From Faecalimonas sp. (GTDB lineage: Bacteria; Bacillota; Clostridia; Lachnospirales; Lachnospiraceae): a DNA stretch of 64,000 nt. Location: positions 5,759 through 69,758 of the forward strand of contig JAZNXJ010000009.1 in NCBI GenBank assembly GCA_045593805.1. Direction: 5' to 3'. This document shows positions 10,697 through 22,574 of the stretch, one piece after another (position 1 is the first letter of the stretch; the number at the start of each line of letters is the position of its first letter). The notes beneath the pieces are model-generated. The model was not told the origin of the DNA, did not search any database, and saw only the letters and a list, made by a program, of their open reading frames with translations. Made by a program: the position numbers and the translations under genes.

Positions 10697-12925
10697 TTAA
10701 AATATACCCATCGGGTTAAAATCAAACTGTATTCGTAGTTTCTTAAATCCTGCATTTACTTCAATATATTGCTCTAATTTATCCTTCATTAAGGTTAGCA
10801 TCTCATAGCCTGAATGTTTGAAATACAATACCCTTCGATGCACGTTGTTTACTTTGCCAACATATGGACTTGCCGGCCCGATGACATGCACTTCCTGTTT
10901 TCCCACTCGCTCTGCATATTTTTTCAAATATGAGCAGGCTGTTTCAAGAAGTTCCTCGTCCTCTCCTTCTGCTAAGACTGCCAACAGTTGGTCTACTGGC
11001 GGATATCCCATCAGTTTTCTATAAGAAATCTCTTTCTCATAAAATGTTTCATAATCCTGCTTTGCCGCAGTCTCAATGGCATAGTGGTCCGGACTGTAGG
11101 TTTGGATGACAACCTCACCCTTTTCACTGCCTCTTCCTGCCCGTCCTGCTGCCTGTGCAAGCAACTGGAAGGTTCGCTCACCTGCACGGTAATCATCTGC
11201 ATACAAGGATAAATCTGCTGCCAGCACGCCCACCAAAGTGACATTTGGAAAATCATGTCCCTTCACAATCATCTGGGTTCCAACTAAGATATCCGCATCA
11301 CCATTTGCAAAAGCCTCTAATATCTTTTCAAAACCGTCCTTTTCTCTGGTGGTATCCATATCCATACGCAGCACTCTGGCCTGCGGGAATTCTGCCTTTA
11401 CTAAATCTTCTATCTGCTGTGTGCCTGCCCGAAAGCCCCCAATATGTTTGGAACCGCATTCCGGGCAAACTTCATATGCTCTCTCTTCATATCCACAATA
11501 ATGGCAAACCAATTTGCCACCTCGATGTGATGTCAAAGACACATCGCAATGAGAACATTTTGCCACATAACCACAAGAACGGCAAGAGATAAATCCTGCA
11601 TAGCCTCTGCGGTTGATAAATAACATCATCTGCTGCTTTTTATCCAAACGATCCCTCATCAGTTCTCGTAATTTATCACTTAAAATGGAACGGTTGCCTG
11701 CTGTTAATTCTTCCCTCATATCCACAGTATAGACTTCCGGCAGACTTTGCTTTTGGGAACGTTCCTTCAAAGTAAACATCTCATATTCTCCACACTGAAC
11801 TCTGTAAAAACTTTCCAATGACGGAGTCGCTGAGCCAAGCACCACAACTGCACCTTCTAATTCTGCTCGTCTGATTGCAGTTTCTCGGGCATGATATCTA
11901 GGAATCTGCTCACTTTTATAAGTATGCTCATGCTCCTCATCTATGACAATCAATCCTAAGTTAGGAAACGGTGTAAAAAGTGCAGAACGTGGTCCAATCA
12001 TAATGTCGATTGCGCCCTCTTTGGCACGCATCATCTGATCGTAGCGCTCCCCATCAGTCATTCTCGAATTTAAAATCGAAATACGATTGCCAAATCTTCT
12101 ATAAAAACGCATGACCGTCTGATAGGTCAATGCAATTTCCGGAATGAGAACAATTGCTTGTTTACCATCACGAAGCACTCTCGCAATCATTTCCATATAA
12201 ACCTCTGTCTTTCCACTTCCAGTTACACCATACAAAAGGTAGGTTTTCTTTTCTCCTTTTAAATAGTCTTCACGAAAACGGTCAATGGCATTCTGTTGTT
12301 CTTCATTATATTCAATCGGCTCCCATGCGGCTTTACTTTCCTTAATCGGATTGCGAAAAACCTGCTCCGACTCAATCCTTACGACACCTTGTTTATCTAA
12401 GGCATCGATCACGGATTTTGAAACATTTAATTTCTTTATAATAAAGTCCTGCTCTAAAACCTGATTTTCCAAAAGCGCTGCCATAACTCTTGCTCTGGAT
12501 TTCATGCGCAAATCACTTAAAAATTCTGCTAATTTTGCTCTGCCCGCTTCTTCATCCAGTAGCAGACGGACATATCTTTTCTCGCGTATCACCGTTTCCT
12601 TCTTTACAGGAAGAACAGTCTTCAGCGCCTGAATCATGGTTCCACCGTAGTGCTCCTTCATCCAGGCTGCAAGTGCAATTAAGTTCTCTTCAATGGCATT
12701 TCTCTTAGATGCCGGCCTTAAGATATCCTTGACCTTTGCAGGATCAAACTCACAGACCTCGCTGATTTGTACAATGTAACCGCTAATTTCTCGGTTCCCG
12801 TTTCCGAATGGTGCAACTACTTCCATGCCCACTTTTAGCACTCCTTCTAATTCAGAAGGAATGTGGTACTCGAATACTTTATCCAGTTGTTCATGAACAA
12901 TGTCTACGATAACCTTCGCGTACAT
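10697..12925 (-). CDS. priA: primosomal replication protein N' (PriA helicase)
   Basis: 742 aa. Walker A GVTGSGKT, DEEH box and Cys-rich zinc insert (CRSCGY..CSHC..CHYCGY..CPECGS). Confidence 0.95.
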   Translation of the reverse strand: MYAKVIVDIVHEQLDKVFEYHIPSELEGVLKVGMEVVAPFGNGNREISGYIVQISEVCEFDPAKVKDILRPASKRNAIEENLIALAAWMKEHYGGTMIQALKTVLPVKKETVIREKRYVRLLLDEEAGRAKLAEFLSDLRMKSRARVMAALLENQVLEQDFIIKKLNVSKSVIDALDKQGVVRIESEQVFRNPIKESKAAWEPIEYNEEQQNAIDRFREDYLKGEKKTYLLYGVTGSGKTEVYMEMIARVLRDGKQAIVLIPEIALTYQTVMRFYRRFGNRISILNSRMTDGERYDQMMRAKEGAIDIMIGPRSALFTPFPNLGLIVIDEEHEHTYKSEQIPRYHARETAIRRAELEGAVVVLGSATPSLESFYRVQCGEYEMFTLKERSQKQSLPEVYTVDMREELTAGNRSILSDKLRELMRDRLDKKQQMMLFINRRGYAGFISCRSCGYVAKCSHCDVSLTSHRGGKLVCHYCGYEERAYEVCPECGSKHIGGFRAGTQQIEDLVKAEFPQARVLRMDMDTTREKDGFEKILEAFANGDADILVGTQMIVKGHDFPNVTLVGVLAADLSLYADDYRAGERTFQLLAQAAGRAGRGSEKGEVVIQTYSPDHYAIETAAKQDYETFYEKEISYRKLMGYPPVDQLLAVLAEGEDEELLETACSYLKKYAERVGKQEVHVIGPASPYVGKVNNVHRRVLYFKHSGYEMLTLMKDKLEQYIEVNAGFKKLRIQFDFNPMGIF

Positions 12926-12971
12926 GTGTAATGCTCCTTTTCTTCATCCTTATTCAAAATCCAATTGCATT

Positions 12972-14450
12972 TTAGCGGATTAAGTTTTCTCTCTTACTTT
13001 CTTTCACAACTTCGGCAATTAAAACGCGCTCATCCATATCGTATTTCACGCCCTTAATTTCCTGATAATCCTCATGGCCTTTGCCTGCCAACACAATCAC
13101 ATCACCAACCTGTGCCTCGTCAATCGCATAACGGATAGCTTCTTTTCGATCAATGATTTCCACATATTTTCCATTTGTTTTACTGATACCTGTTTTAATA
13201 TCATTGATAATATCCTGTGGTTCTTCAAAACGTGGGTTGTCAGAGGTAATAATAGTCAAATCTGCCAGATTTCCTGACACCTCACCCATCTCAAAACGTC
13301 TCGCCTTTGCACGGTTACCTCCGCATCCAAAAAGACATACCAAACGCTTCGGATTGTATTCTTTTAAGGTGGTCAAAAGACTTTCCAAGCTCATTGCATT
13401 GTGTGCATAGTCAATCATCAACGTGAAGTCGTCTGACACCTTCACCATCTCAATACGGCCTTTGACTTTTGCAGTTTTTAAGGCTTCTGTAATCCTTCCT
13501 ACCGGCACATCAAAATGCCTGCATACTGCAATGGCAGTCAAAGAATTGTACACACTAAATGTGCCCGGGATATCAATCTCCACCTCGAAATTCAGAAGTC
13601 CACTTGCCTTGTAAGCTACACCTAGATGTCCCGGACTTGACACCAATTTTACATCATTTGCACGCAAATCTGCTTTTTCTGAAAAACCAAACGTCTCTAT
13701 TTGGCAGGTTGCTTCCTTAAATACATCTTCAAAATGTGCATCGTCTACATTTGCAATACCAATTTTGCATTGCTTGAATAATAACCCTTTGCAACGTTTA
13801 TAATCATCAAAATCCTTGTGTTCATTCGGACCAATGTGGTCTTCTCCAAGGTTTGTGAAAATCCCAATTTCAAATGGAATTCCTGCAGTTCTGTGAAGCA
13901 TGAGTCCTTGCGAAGAAACCTCCATAACCACCGCGTCGCATCCTGCATCTACCATCTTTCTGAAATACTGGTGAATCGTGAAAGATTCCGGTGTAGTATT
14001 TTTGGCAGGAATGATTTCATCTCCAATAATTGCCTCGATTGTTCCAATTAACCCCACTTTATGTCCTACACCCTCCAGAATGGATTTCACCATGTAGGTT
14101 GTCGTTGTCTTTCCTTTGGTTCCCGTAATACCGATAACCTTTAATTCATCTGCCGGATAACCAAAATATGCCGCTGATGTAAGCGCCAATGCGTATCTTG
14201 TATCCTCTACCTTAATAACAGTCACATGTGCCGGAGCTTTCACTTCCTTCTCTACAATTACGGCTGTAGCACCTTTTTCTGCAACCTCCTGCACGAAGTC
14301 ATGTCCATCACGCACAGCACCTGTAATGCAGACAAATACACTGCCTTCCTTCACATTTCTCGAGTCATTTGTAAGCTCTGTAATCTCTATCTCATCACTG
14401 CCTTGCAGCACCTTGTAATCCAATCTTTCCAATAATTTTGTCAGTTTCAT
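12972..14450 (-). CDS. murE: UDP-MurNAc-L-Ala-D-Glu--2,6-diaminopimelate ligase
   Basis: 492 aa. GITGTKGKTTT P-loop and DNPR motif (TSDNPRFE). Confidence 0.92.
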   Translation of the reverse strand: MKLTKLLERLDYKVLQGSDEIEITELTNDSRNVKEGSVFVCITGAVRDGHDFVQEVAEKGATAVIVEKEVKAPAHVTVIKVEDTRYALALTSAAYFGYPADELKVIGITGTKGKTTTTYMVKSILEGVGHKVGLIGTIEAIIGDEIIPAKNTTPESFTIHQYFRKMVDAGCDAVVMEVSSQGLMLHRTAGIPFEIGIFTNLGEDHIGPNEHKDFDDYKRCKGLLFKQCKIGIANVDDAHFEDVFKEATCQIETFGFSEKADLRANDVKLVSSPGHLGVAYKASGLLNFEVEIDIPGTFSVYNSLTAIAVCRHFDVPVGRITEALKTAKVKGRIEMVKVSDDFTLMIDYAHNAMSLESLLTTLKEYNPKRLVCLFGCGGNRAKARRFEMGEVSGNLADLTIITSDNPRFEEPQDIINDIKTGISKTNGKYVEIIDRKEAIRYAIDEAQVGDVIVLAGKGHEDYQEIKGVKYDMDERVLIAEVVKESKRENLIR

Positions 14451-14595
14451 AATAGAAGCCTCCTATTTTTCCACATAGCTATTTATATGATAGCACACTT
14501 TTGAAAATCTTGCAAAAATCCATTGATTTTAATGGTTTTTTTATGTATAGTTAATTGGAATTTTATAACAAAAATTTACATAGGAGGTGCAAGCA

Positions 14596-15783
14596 ATGTT
14601 TCAACTATTACTTGCTGTCATCTATTTATCATTTATCAGTCTTGGACTTCCAGATTCCTTGCTTGGTTCTGCTTGGCCGACTATTTATCCTGAATTTGAA
14701 GTTCCCATTTCATACGCAGGCATCATTTCCATGATCGTTTCAGCAGGAACCATTATATCCAGTTTGCAAAGCGACCGTTTAACAAAGAAATTCGGACCCG
14801 GAAAGGTAACTGCATTCAGTGTACTTACAACCGCAATTGCTTTGTTCGGTTTTTCGACTGCTTCCTCTTATTGGATGCTTGTTTTATGGGCAATTCCATA
14901 CGGTCTTGGTGCCGGTGGTGTAGATGCTTCTCTCAATAACTATGTTGCACTTCATTATGAAAGTAAACATATGAGCTGGCTTCACTGCATGTGGGGCGTT
15001 GGTGCAAGTGTAAGTCCATACATTATGACTTATGCTATTGCAAGTGCGAACGACTGGCATATGGGATATCGATACGTTTCCATTATTCAAATTACGCTGA
15101 CTGCGTTTATTATATTCAGTCTTCCACTTTGGAAGAAGGTAGGTGTTGCACCATCGAACATTTCTAAAATTAATGTGCAGGACACTGCAAATAACAAGGT
15201 GCTTTCACTAAAAGAAATCCTTCAGATTCGGGGTGCAAAATCTATTATGCTTGTTATGTTTGGATACTGTGCTTTGGAGCAAACTGCTGGTTTATGGGCA
15301 AGTAGTTATCTTGTTTTAAACCACAGAGTAGATGTAGAAGTGGCTGCAAGCTTTGCAAGTCTTTTCTATATTGGAGTTACCGTCGGACGTGGAATTAGTG
15401 GTTTTATTACAGTGAAGCTCAATGATAATCAGATGATTCGTTTAGGACTTTCTTTCATTGGTATTGGTATTGTACTTATGGTACTACCATTTGGACATTG
15501 GTCTGCTTTGCTCGGACTAATTGTAATTGGGCTTGGGTGCGCACCGGTATATCCATGTGTCATTCACTCTACACCGACAAACTTTGGTCCTGAAAAATCG
15601 CAGGCTGTGGTTGGGGTACAAATGGCAAGCGCATACATAGGAAGCATGCTTGCCCCTGCAGTATTTGGTTTAATTGCAAACCATATTAGTATCAAACTGT
15701 TTCCTGTTTATCTGTTTATCATGCTACTCTTGATGTTTATCATGCATAGCAGATTAATAAAAACAAGCCCCAAAAATGACTAG
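14596..15783 (+). CDS. MFS transporter
   Basis: About 12 hydrophobic segments. ATG at 14596 preferred because AGGAGG lies 7 nt upstream. Confidence 0.85.
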   Translation: MFQLLLAVIYLSFISLGLPDSLLGSAWPTIYPEFEVPISYAGIISMIVSAGTIISSLQSDRLTKKFGPGKVTAFSVLTTAIALFGFSTASSYWMLVLWAIPYGLGAGGVDASLNNYVALHYESKHMSWLHCMWGVGASVSPYIMTYAIASANDWHMGYRYVSIIQITLTAFIIFSLPLWKKVGVAPSNISKINVQDTANNKVLSLKEILQIRGAKSIMLVMFGYCALEQTAGLWASSYLVLNHRVDVEVAASFASLFYIGVTVGRGISGFITVKLNDNQMIRLGLSFIGIGIVLMVLPFGHWSALLGLIVIGLGCAPVYPCVIHSTPTNFGPEKSQAVVGVQMASAYIGSMLAPAVFGLIANHISIKLFPVYLFIMLLLMFIMHSRLIKTSPKND

Positions 15784-15808
15784 TGGTTGTCCACTAGTCA
15801 CTCTTACA

Positions 15809-17038
15809 TTAAATACTCCCCCTCTTTATTACATCATTTCCAAATTTCTTACGAATCTCATCCATCGTTTTATCAAGTTTGGCGTGTTTTTCATACTTTT
15901 CTGTCACATTCTTTGTAGGTTTGCTCCTATCAGCACTTGTAAGTTCATTTTGATAATCAAAAATACTTATCTGCTCCGGTGCTTTTTCATCCACCAACTT
16001 GGATGTGCGTATTCCAAGTAAACGAATTGGCTCCCCGCTCCACAATTCGCGAAACAATTCGCACGCGGTCTCGTATATAGCCTGTCCATTACTGGTTGCT
16101 TTTAACAATTGCTTCTGATGAGAAACACTTTGAAACGTATTATATTTAATTTCCACACTTACCATCTGCGCCCGCTGACCTTCCCCGCGCAATCGCTCTG
16201 CTACCTTTTCCGCCAGTTTCATAAGGATTGGCTTTGCCTCCTCCTCGCTGGTCAAATCCTTTGGGAGTGTGGTGGAGTTTCCAATACCTTTATTTTCTAC
16301 ATGCTCGCGAATGACCCTGTTTCCACCTTTTCCATTTGCAAATTCCCACAGGGTTCTCCCATGGCTTTTTAAATGCAATTCCAGCAAATCCGGATTGGCT
16401 TTTGCCAGTTCGCCAATGGTACGTATCTCTAATTTTTGCAAGACTTCCACGCTGGAACGCCCTGCCATATATAACTCAGACACAGGCAATGGCCACATTT
16501 TCACTGGAATCTCTTCCGGCCACAGTGTATGCACCTTGTTAGGCTTTTCAAAATCCGATGCCATCTTGGCTAGCAAACGATTGCTTGAGATTCCTATATT
16601 TACCGTAAAACCAAATGTTTCATATACCTTATCTTTAATTTCCTTTGCTGCCACAAATGGTGATGAAAATTTGTGTGCAATTCCGGTGAAATCCATATAG
16701 CATTCATCCACGCTGACCTGCTCGATATCCGGTGTATAACCTTTCAAGAACTCCATCAATCTTACACTATATTCACTGTACATCCTATGATTTGGCGGAA
16801 ACATCTGAATCTCAGGACATTTTCGCAGGGCATTTACAATCGGTTCTCCTGTTACGATGCCGTATTTTTTCGCAGAGACAGATTTAGCCAGCACAATACC
16901 GTGACGTAACTTTTGATCGCCGCCAATAATCGCAGGTATCTCTCTGATATCTTGCTCGAAGCCATTTTTCAGTTGTTCTACAGCCGTCCAACTAAGGAAA
17001 GCAGAATTCACATCGATATGAAAAATTATCTGACCCAC
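15809..17038 (-). CDS. dinB: DNA polymerase IV (Y-family)
   Basis: 409 aa. HIDVNSAFLS and SVDECYMD motifs. GTG start. Confidence 0.92.
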   Translation of the reverse strand: MGQIIFHIDVNSAFLSWTAVEQLKNGFEQDIREIPAIIGGDQKLRHGIVLAKSVSAKKYGIVTGEPIVNALRKCPEIQMFPPNHRMYSEYSVRLMEFLKGYTPDIEQVSVDECYMDFTGIAHKFSSPFVAAKEIKDKVYETFGFTVNIGISSNRLLAKMASDFEKPNKVHTLWPEEIPVKMWPLPVSELYMAGRSSVEVLQKLEIRTIGELAKANPDLLELHLKSHGRTLWEFANGKGGNRVIREHVENKGIGNSTTLPKDLTSEEEAKPILMKLAEKVAERLRGEGQRAQMVSVEIKYNTFQSVSHQKQLLKATSNGQAIYETACELFRELWSGEPIRLLGIRTSKLVDEKAPEQISIFDYQNELTSADRSKPTKNVTEKYEKHAKLDKTMDEIRKKFGNDVIKRGSI

Positions 17039-17056
17039 GTCCGTCTCCTTCTCCTT

Positions 17057-19642
17057 TTATACCTTCACTCTGGCACTTAAATGTCCATCTGTTACATCAA
17101 TGATTATCACATCTCCTCGGCCAACATTTCCTTCCAAAAGCAGTCTGGCAGCCAAAGTTTCTACATGTTTTTGCAGATATCGTTTCAGTGGTCTTGCACC
17201 GTACATTGGCTCATAGCCGCCTTCTACCACGAATTCTTTTGCTGCGTCAGTCAACTCTATGGAAACCTCTCGTTCCACCAAACGTTTATTCACATCACGA
17301 ACAAGTAAGTCAATAATCTGTCCCACATCTGCCTTGCTAAGTGGCTTGAACATGATGGTTTCATCCAGACGATTTAAAAACTCCGGTCTGAAATGGGCAC
17401 GCAATTCGTTCATGACCATGTTTTCAGCTTCGGAACTGATTTCTCCATTTGCATCAATTCCCTCCAGCAAATAGGAAGAACCAATATTAGAAGTCATAAT
17501 GAGTATCGTGTTTTTAAAGTCTACGGTACGACCTTGAGAATCCGTAATGCGACCATCATCCAACACCTGTAGCAATACGTTGAATACATCTGGATGAGCC
17601 TTTTCTACCTCATCAAAAAGGACTACTGAATATGGTTTTCTGCGAACAGCCTCTGTAAGCTGTCCTCCTTCATCATATCCCACATATCCCGGAGGTGCTC
17701 CAATAAGACGGGATACGGAATATTTCTCCATATACTCACTCATGTCAATGCGGACCATATTGCTTTCGTCATCAAATAAACTCTCTGCCAAGGCTTTGGC
17801 AAGCTCTGTCTTACCCACACCAGTAGGTCCAAGAAATAAGAAAGAGCCAATCGGTTTACTTGGGTCTTTAATACCGGCTTTGGATCGGATAATTGCCTCC
17901 GTTACCTTGGTAACACCTTCATCCTGTCCAATTACACGTTTGTGAAGCTCCTCATCCAGATGCAAGGTTTTGTTGCGCTCACTTTCATTTAATTTGGAAA
18001 CTGGAATTCCTGTCCAACGAGAAATGATTTTCGCAATTTCTTCATCCGTCACACTTTCGTGAACCAATGACATTTCATGTTCCCTTGACTTCTCCTCTTC
18101 CTCCTCTAACTGTTTTGTTAACTGTGGAAGTTTTCCATATTGAAGCTCCGCTGCGCGTTCCAGATTATAAGTCTGTTGTGCCTTCTGAATCTCTTGATTC
18201 ACCTGCTCGATTTCTTCACGTATCTTTTGCAAACGTTCTACCGAACTTTTTTCATTATCCCATTGGGCTTTTTGCCCTGCAAATTCTTCGCGAAGCTCCG
18301 CCAACTCCTGTTGCAGATTTTCCAAACGTTCTTTACTTAGGCGGTCATCTTCCTTTTTCAAAGCCGCTTCTTCGATTTCCAACTGCATAATTCTTCGCTG
18401 CAGTTCATCCAACTCCGTCGGCATGGAGTCTAACTCTGTCTTAATCAGTGCGCATGCTTCATCCACAAGGTCGATGGCCTTATCTGGCAAAAACCTGTCT
18501 GAAATATAGCGGTTTGACAGGGTCGCTGCTGCCACCAATGCCCCATCCGTAATCTTCACGCCGTGGAACACTTCGTATCGTTCTTTCAAACCGCGAAGAA
18601 TGGAAATGGCATCCTCCACCGTCGGTTCATCTACCATAACCGGTTGGAAACGTCTTTCAAGGGCAGCATCCTTTTCGATATACTGACGGTATTCGTCTAA
18701 AGTCGTAGCTCCAATACAATGAAGTTCCCCACGGGCAAGCATCGGTTTTAACATATTGCCTGCATCCATGGCGCCGTCCGTCTTTCCTGCTCCAACAATA
18801 GTATGAAGCTCATCAATGAAAAGAATAATATTTCCATCACTGTTCTTCACTTCTTCCAAGACAGCCTTAAGACGTTCTTCAAATTCTCCGCGGTATTTTG
18901 CCCCGGCAACCAATGCTCCCATATCCAAAGCAAAGACCTTCTTATCCTTTAGGGCTTCAGGAACATCGCCGCGAACAATACGTTGCGCCAACCCTTCTAC
19001 TGCCGCTGTTTTACCAACACCTGGCTCGCCGATTAAAACCGGATTATTCTTTGTTTTTCTTGACAGAATACGAATCACGTTGCGAATCTCGGCATCACGC
19101 CCGATAACCGGATCTAATTTCTGCTCTCTCGCACGTTCTACCAAATCCTGTCCATACTTATTAAGCGTATCATAGGTTGCTTCCGGATTGTCACTTGTCA
19201 CCCTTTGATTACCTCTTACTGTAGCAAGCACCTGCAAAAATCCTTCACGGGAGATAGCAAATTCTTTGAAAATAGCTTTTATTTCCTTATTTGCATATTT
19301 AATTAACGCCAAAAATAAATGCTCTACAGATACGTATTCATCACCCATCTGTTTCGCCTCATCCTCAGCATGAACCAAGACTTTGTTAAGGTCCTGACCA
19401 ATATAGACCTGACCACCTTGTACCTTCGGGCGCTTACGTAGACCCTCTTCCACACGATTAAGAAACATCTCTTTCTGAATATTCATCTTTTCTAACAATT
19501 TCAGAATAAGACTGTACTCCTGTGTCAATAATGCATATAATAAATGTTCTTGTTCAATTTCCTGATTGCCATACTCATAGGCAACTTTCTCGGTGGCTTG
19601 TACCGCTTGTAATGAATTCTGAGTAAATTTGTTAATATTCAT
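17057..19642 (-). CDS. clpB: ATP-dependent chaperone ClpB
   Basis: 861 aa. Two AAA+ modules ([16 protein letters not shown]) separated by a long coiled-coil middle domain. Confidence 0.97.
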   Translation of the reverse strand: MNINKFTQNSLQAVQATEKVAYEYGNQEIEQEHLLYALLTQEYSLILKLLEKMNIQKEMFLNRVEEGLRKRPKVQGGQVYIGQDLNKVLVHAEDEAKQMGDEYVSVEHLFLALIKYANKEIKAIFKEFAISREGFLQVLATVRGNQRVTSDNPEATYDTLNKYGQDLVERAREQKLDPVIGRDAEIRNVIRILSRKTKNNPVLIGEPGVGKTAAVEGLAQRIVRGDVPEALKDKKVFALDMGALVAGAKYRGEFEERLKAVLEEVKNSDGNIILFIDELHTIVGAGKTDGAMDAGNMLKPMLARGELHCIGATTLDEYRQYIEKDAALERRFQPVMVDEPTVEDAISILRGLKERYEVFHGVKITDGALVAAATLSNRYISDRFLPDKAIDLVDEACALIKTELDSMPTELDELQRRIMQLEIEEAALKKEDDRLSKERLENLQQELAELREEFAGQKAQWDNEKSSVERLQKIREEIEQVNQEIQKAQQTYNLERAAELQYGKLPQLTKQLEEEEEKSREHEMSLVHESVTDEEIAKIISRWTGIPVSKLNESERNKTLHLDEELHKRVIGQDEGVTKVTEAIIRSKAGIKDPSKPIGSFLFLGPTGVGKTELAKALAESLFDDESNMVRIDMSEYMEKYSVSRLIGAPPGYVGYDEGGQLTEAVRRKPYSVVLFDEVEKAHPDVFNVLLQVLDDGRITDSQGRTVDFKNTILIMTSNIGSSYLLEGIDANGEISSEAENMVMNELRAHFRPEFLNRLDETIMFKPLSKADVGQIIDLLVRDVNKRLVEREVSIELTDAAKEFVVEGGYEPMYGARPLKRYLQKHVETLAARLLLEGNVGRGDVIIIDVTDGHLSARVKV

Positions 19643-19701
19643 ACCAATACCTCCGTTTTGATTTAGATTTCACTTGTTATAGGTCTGGTATAACATAAAA
19701 A

Positions 19702-19728
19702 TTAGCACTCGTCAAGAGAGAGTGCTAA
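19702..19728 (-). promoter_or_regulatory. CIRCE operator (HrcA binding site) upstream of clpB
   Basis: TTAGCACTC-N9-GAGTGCTAA, an exact match to the consensus, 60 nt upstream of the clpB start. Confidence 0.85.
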
Positions 19729-19736
19729 TAATTTTA

Positions 19737-20381
19737 TTATTTCTTTATAAATACCGATTTCGGCTGTTTACAAACCGGACATACGAATTGCTCCGGTACT
19801 TCTTCAAATGGAATCTCTCCTCTGTACTCATATCCGCAAATACTGCATACCCATTTTTCCTCTTTTTGAACAGGTTCTTCTTCAGCTATGTATGTAGGTG
19901 CATTCTTTGGACTCTTTCCTTTTACTACTTTATGATAGTATGCATAGGTCATTGCATCTTCGTCTTTGAGCACATCTGCCGCAATTACTTCTCCTAAGAA
20001 TACGGTGTGTGTAGCTGTCTCCATCTTGTTAATTACCTTGCACACCAGATAGCTGCATGCATCCGCAACTACAGAAAGTCCTTCTTTTTCTAAAGCTTCC
20101 ACTCCATCAAATTTGTTTACATCTTTTCCTGATTGGAAACCGAATGTTCCGATTAATCCCGGATCTGATTGCTCTGTTAAAATGGATATTGCAAACTTCC
20201 CTGTTTTTTCAATACAAGCATTTGTATAGTTATCATGGTTGATGCTAACAGCAATCGTAGCTGGCTCAGAAGTAATTTGCATAGCACTATTGGCAACACA
20301 TCCAGTTGGTCTTTCCCCATCTAACGTAGATACAATATAAACTCCATATGACATATTACGAAATGCATTCTTATTAATCAT
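19737..20381 (-). CDS. flavin reductase domain fused to rubredoxin
   Basis: 214 aa. Flavin-reductase-like N-terminus and C-terminal CSICGY...CPVC rubredoxin knuckles. Confidence 0.85.
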   Translation of the reverse strand: MINKNAFRNMSYGVYIVSTLDGERPTGCVANSAMQITSEPATIAVSINHDNYTNACIEKTGKFAISILTEQSDPGLIGTFGFQSGKDVNKFDGVEALEKEGLSVVADACSYLVCKVINKMETATHTVFLGEVIAADVLKDEDAMTYAYYHKVVKGKSPKNAPTYIAEEEPVQKEEKWVCSICGYEYRGEIPFEEVPEQFVCPVCKQPKSVFIKK

Positions 20382-20468
20382 AATCTATCCTCCAAATCTA
20401 TATATCAGTAATAATTACTATTATTATAACATATATTTCCAGAATTGCAATACAAAAGCAGTAAACTT

Positions 20469-20503
20469 TTTTCATGTGATAGGAATTTCCTATCACATGA
20501 AAA
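20469..20503. repeat. 35-bp perfect palindrome (17-bp arms)
   Basis: TTTTCATGTGATAGGAA-T-TTCCTATCACATGAAAA between two minus-strand genes. No 3' U-tract in either orientation. Confidence 0.9.
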
Positions 20504-20539
20504 CGCTCAACGATGATGTGCAGAGGTGCGTAAGTTCAT

Positions 20540-22471
20540 TTATAATTCATTAGTTGGAGGTTGACAGCTTTGTCCTCGACATATATAAAAGGTGGTTTTG
20601 TCATCTTTCAATGGATATTCTTTCGTAGGCCCTACTACTACATGTGCCAGAACATGCAATGGAATTCGCGTAGGCAAATCTTTTAGCTCCTCTTTTGTTT
20701 TAACCACAATGGTCATTTTCTCCGGTGCTTCCATATAATCAGACAACGCCGTTAGATACATTGCATAACCCGTAGGATAACGCCCTACCTCACTTGCCAT
20801 ATAATCCAATTGACGTTTTGCAAGGTTGTAGTATCTTGTATCGTCTGTAAGATAATATAACTGAACAAAATTATATGCCATCAGAGAATTTCCACTTGGA
20901 ACCGCACCACCATTGTTTGCTTTCGGCTTTATAATAAGCTGCTCATTCTCATCGCCATACAAGAAAAAGCCACCATGCTTTTCATCCAGGAATTCTCCAA
21001 GAACCTTATCACAGAATAATTTTGCTCTTTCCAGATATCCCTCACAGAACGTAGCTTGATATAACGCTAATAGCGCAAAAATCTCATTTGCATATTCATC
21101 CAGAAATCCGCTCTCACCGTGCTTTCCATCTCGATAGCTTACAAAAAGCGTATTTCCTTTGCAAAGTTTACGCTCAATAAACTCCTGTGCTTTTACAGCT
21201 GCATCCAAATATTTCTGTTCATTGCTGATGCGATACAGCTGAGACATAGCCGCAATCATAAGTGCATTCCATGATGTCAATATTTTATCATCCAAGTGCA
21301 AAGAATATCGCTGCTTTCGGTATTCATAAATCTCTTTCAGATACGGTTCAAATTCCTCAACACTTTTCTCATGTTGTAACAAATTCGGGATACTTTTACC
21401 TTCAAAATTTCCTTCCTTTGTAATGTCAAACTTGTTGTTGAATGCAGCCCCTGTTTCTTCCCCGAGGATATCCATGATTTCTTTTGGTTCAAATACATAA
21501 TATTTTCCTTCCACACCTTCACTATCTGCATCCTGTGCACTGTAAAATCCACCTTCCGGTGAGGTCATTTCCCGCAGAATATACATGGCCGTTCTTTCGG
21601 CAACTTTTAAATATAATGGTTCATTTGTAATCTGATATGCTCTGCAGTATGCCATAATTAACAAGGCATTATCGTATAACATTTTTTCAAAATGGGGCAC
21701 CAGAAAATATTGGTCAGTAGAATATCTGGAAAATCCACCGCCGATGTGGTCAAACATACCGCCTCGATACATTTGCTGCAATGTCTTGCTAACCATTTTC
21801 ATTGCATCTTCATCCCGACTCTTTTCATAGTGCGTCATAAGAAACAACAGGTTATGGGCTGTAGGAAATTTAGGAGCACGTCCAAATCCACCGAACCTTT
21901 TGTCAAAGCTTTGCTTATAATATTTCAAAGCTGTATCCAGAAGCTTTCTATCTGCTTCACCCTCTGCTGCTTCTCCTACATTAATTAGCGTAAGAATCTG
22001 GTTTGCAGAATCTAGCAAAACCTTTCTATTTGTTTGCCAATTTTTATGAATAGACAGCAGAAGTTCTCGAAACCCCATTTTCCCATAGCGTGCGGTCCTT
22101 GGAAAGTATGTTCCCGCATAAAAAGGTTTCTGTTCTGGTGTTAAAAAAACAGATGTTGGCCAGCCACCACTTCCGGTAAGCACCTGACACACGGTCATAT
22201 AGATACTATCTATATCCGGTCTTTCCTCCTTGTCTACTTTTACAGAAATAAAATATTGATTCAAAATATCTGCGATTTCCTGGTCTTCAAAGCTCTCATG
22301 TGCCATAACGTGGCACCAGTGGCAGGTACTGTAACCAATACTTAAGAAAATCGGTTTATCTTCTGCTTTCGCCTTGTCAAATGCTTCTTTCCCCCACGGA
22401 TACCAATCCACAGGATTGTTCACATGTTGAAGCAAATAGGGACTTACTTGGTCTTTTAAATGATTTTGCAT
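20540..22471 (-). CDS. thioredoxin-domain protein (DUF255/YyaL-like, epimerase-like C-terminus)
   Basis: STCHWCHVM thioredoxin-like motif near the N-terminus. Start at MQNHLKD preferred because GAGGTG lies upstream. Confidence 0.88.
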   Translation of the reverse strand: MQNHLKDQVSPYLLQHVNNPVDWYPWGKEAFDKAKAEDKPIFLSIGYSTCHWCHVMAHESFEDQEIADILNQYFISVKVDKEERPDIDSIYMTVCQVLTGSGGWPTSVFLTPEQKPFYAGTYFPRTARYGKMGFRELLLSIHKNWQTNRKVLLDSANQILTLINVGEAAEGEADRKLLDTALKYYKQSFDKRFGGFGRAPKFPTAHNLLFLMTHYEKSRDEDAMKMVSKTLQQMYRGGMFDHIGGGFSRYSTDQYFLVPHFEKMLYDNALLIMAYCRAYQITNEPLYLKVAERTAMYILREMTSPEGGFYSAQDADSEGVEGKYYVFEPKEIMDILGEETGAAFNNKFDITKEGNFEGKSIPNLLQHEKSVEEFEPYLKEIYEYRKQRYSLHLDDKILTSWNALMIAAMSQLYRISNEQKYLDAAVKAQEFIERKLCKGNTLFVSYRDGKHGESGFLDEYANEIFALLALYQATFCEGYLERAKLFCDKVLGEFLDEKHGGFFLYGDENEQLIIKPKANNGGAVPSGNSLMAYNFVQLYYLTDDTRYYNLAKRQLDYMASEVGRYPTGYAMYLTALSDYMEAPEKMTIVVKTKEELKDLPTRIPLHVLAHVVVGPTKEYPLKDDKTTFYICRGQSCQPPTNEL

Positions 22472-22574
22472 GTCGATCACCTCACTAAAATATAAGATCA
22501 TTATTCCATGTCCGAGAGTTTTTTACACAAAAAAATACAGCAAACATTAAGTTTACTGTATCTTTGGTCCTCTT

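Noticed and set aside
20409-20423. TAATAATTACTATTA, a 7-1-7 inverted repeat resembling a PerR/Fur box, 28 nt upstream of the rubredoxin-fusion gene.
   Set aside because: It has three mismatches to the PerR consensus and sits in a very AT-rich stretch, so a chance match is likely. It is worth rechecking only if a genome-wide PerR motif search supports it.
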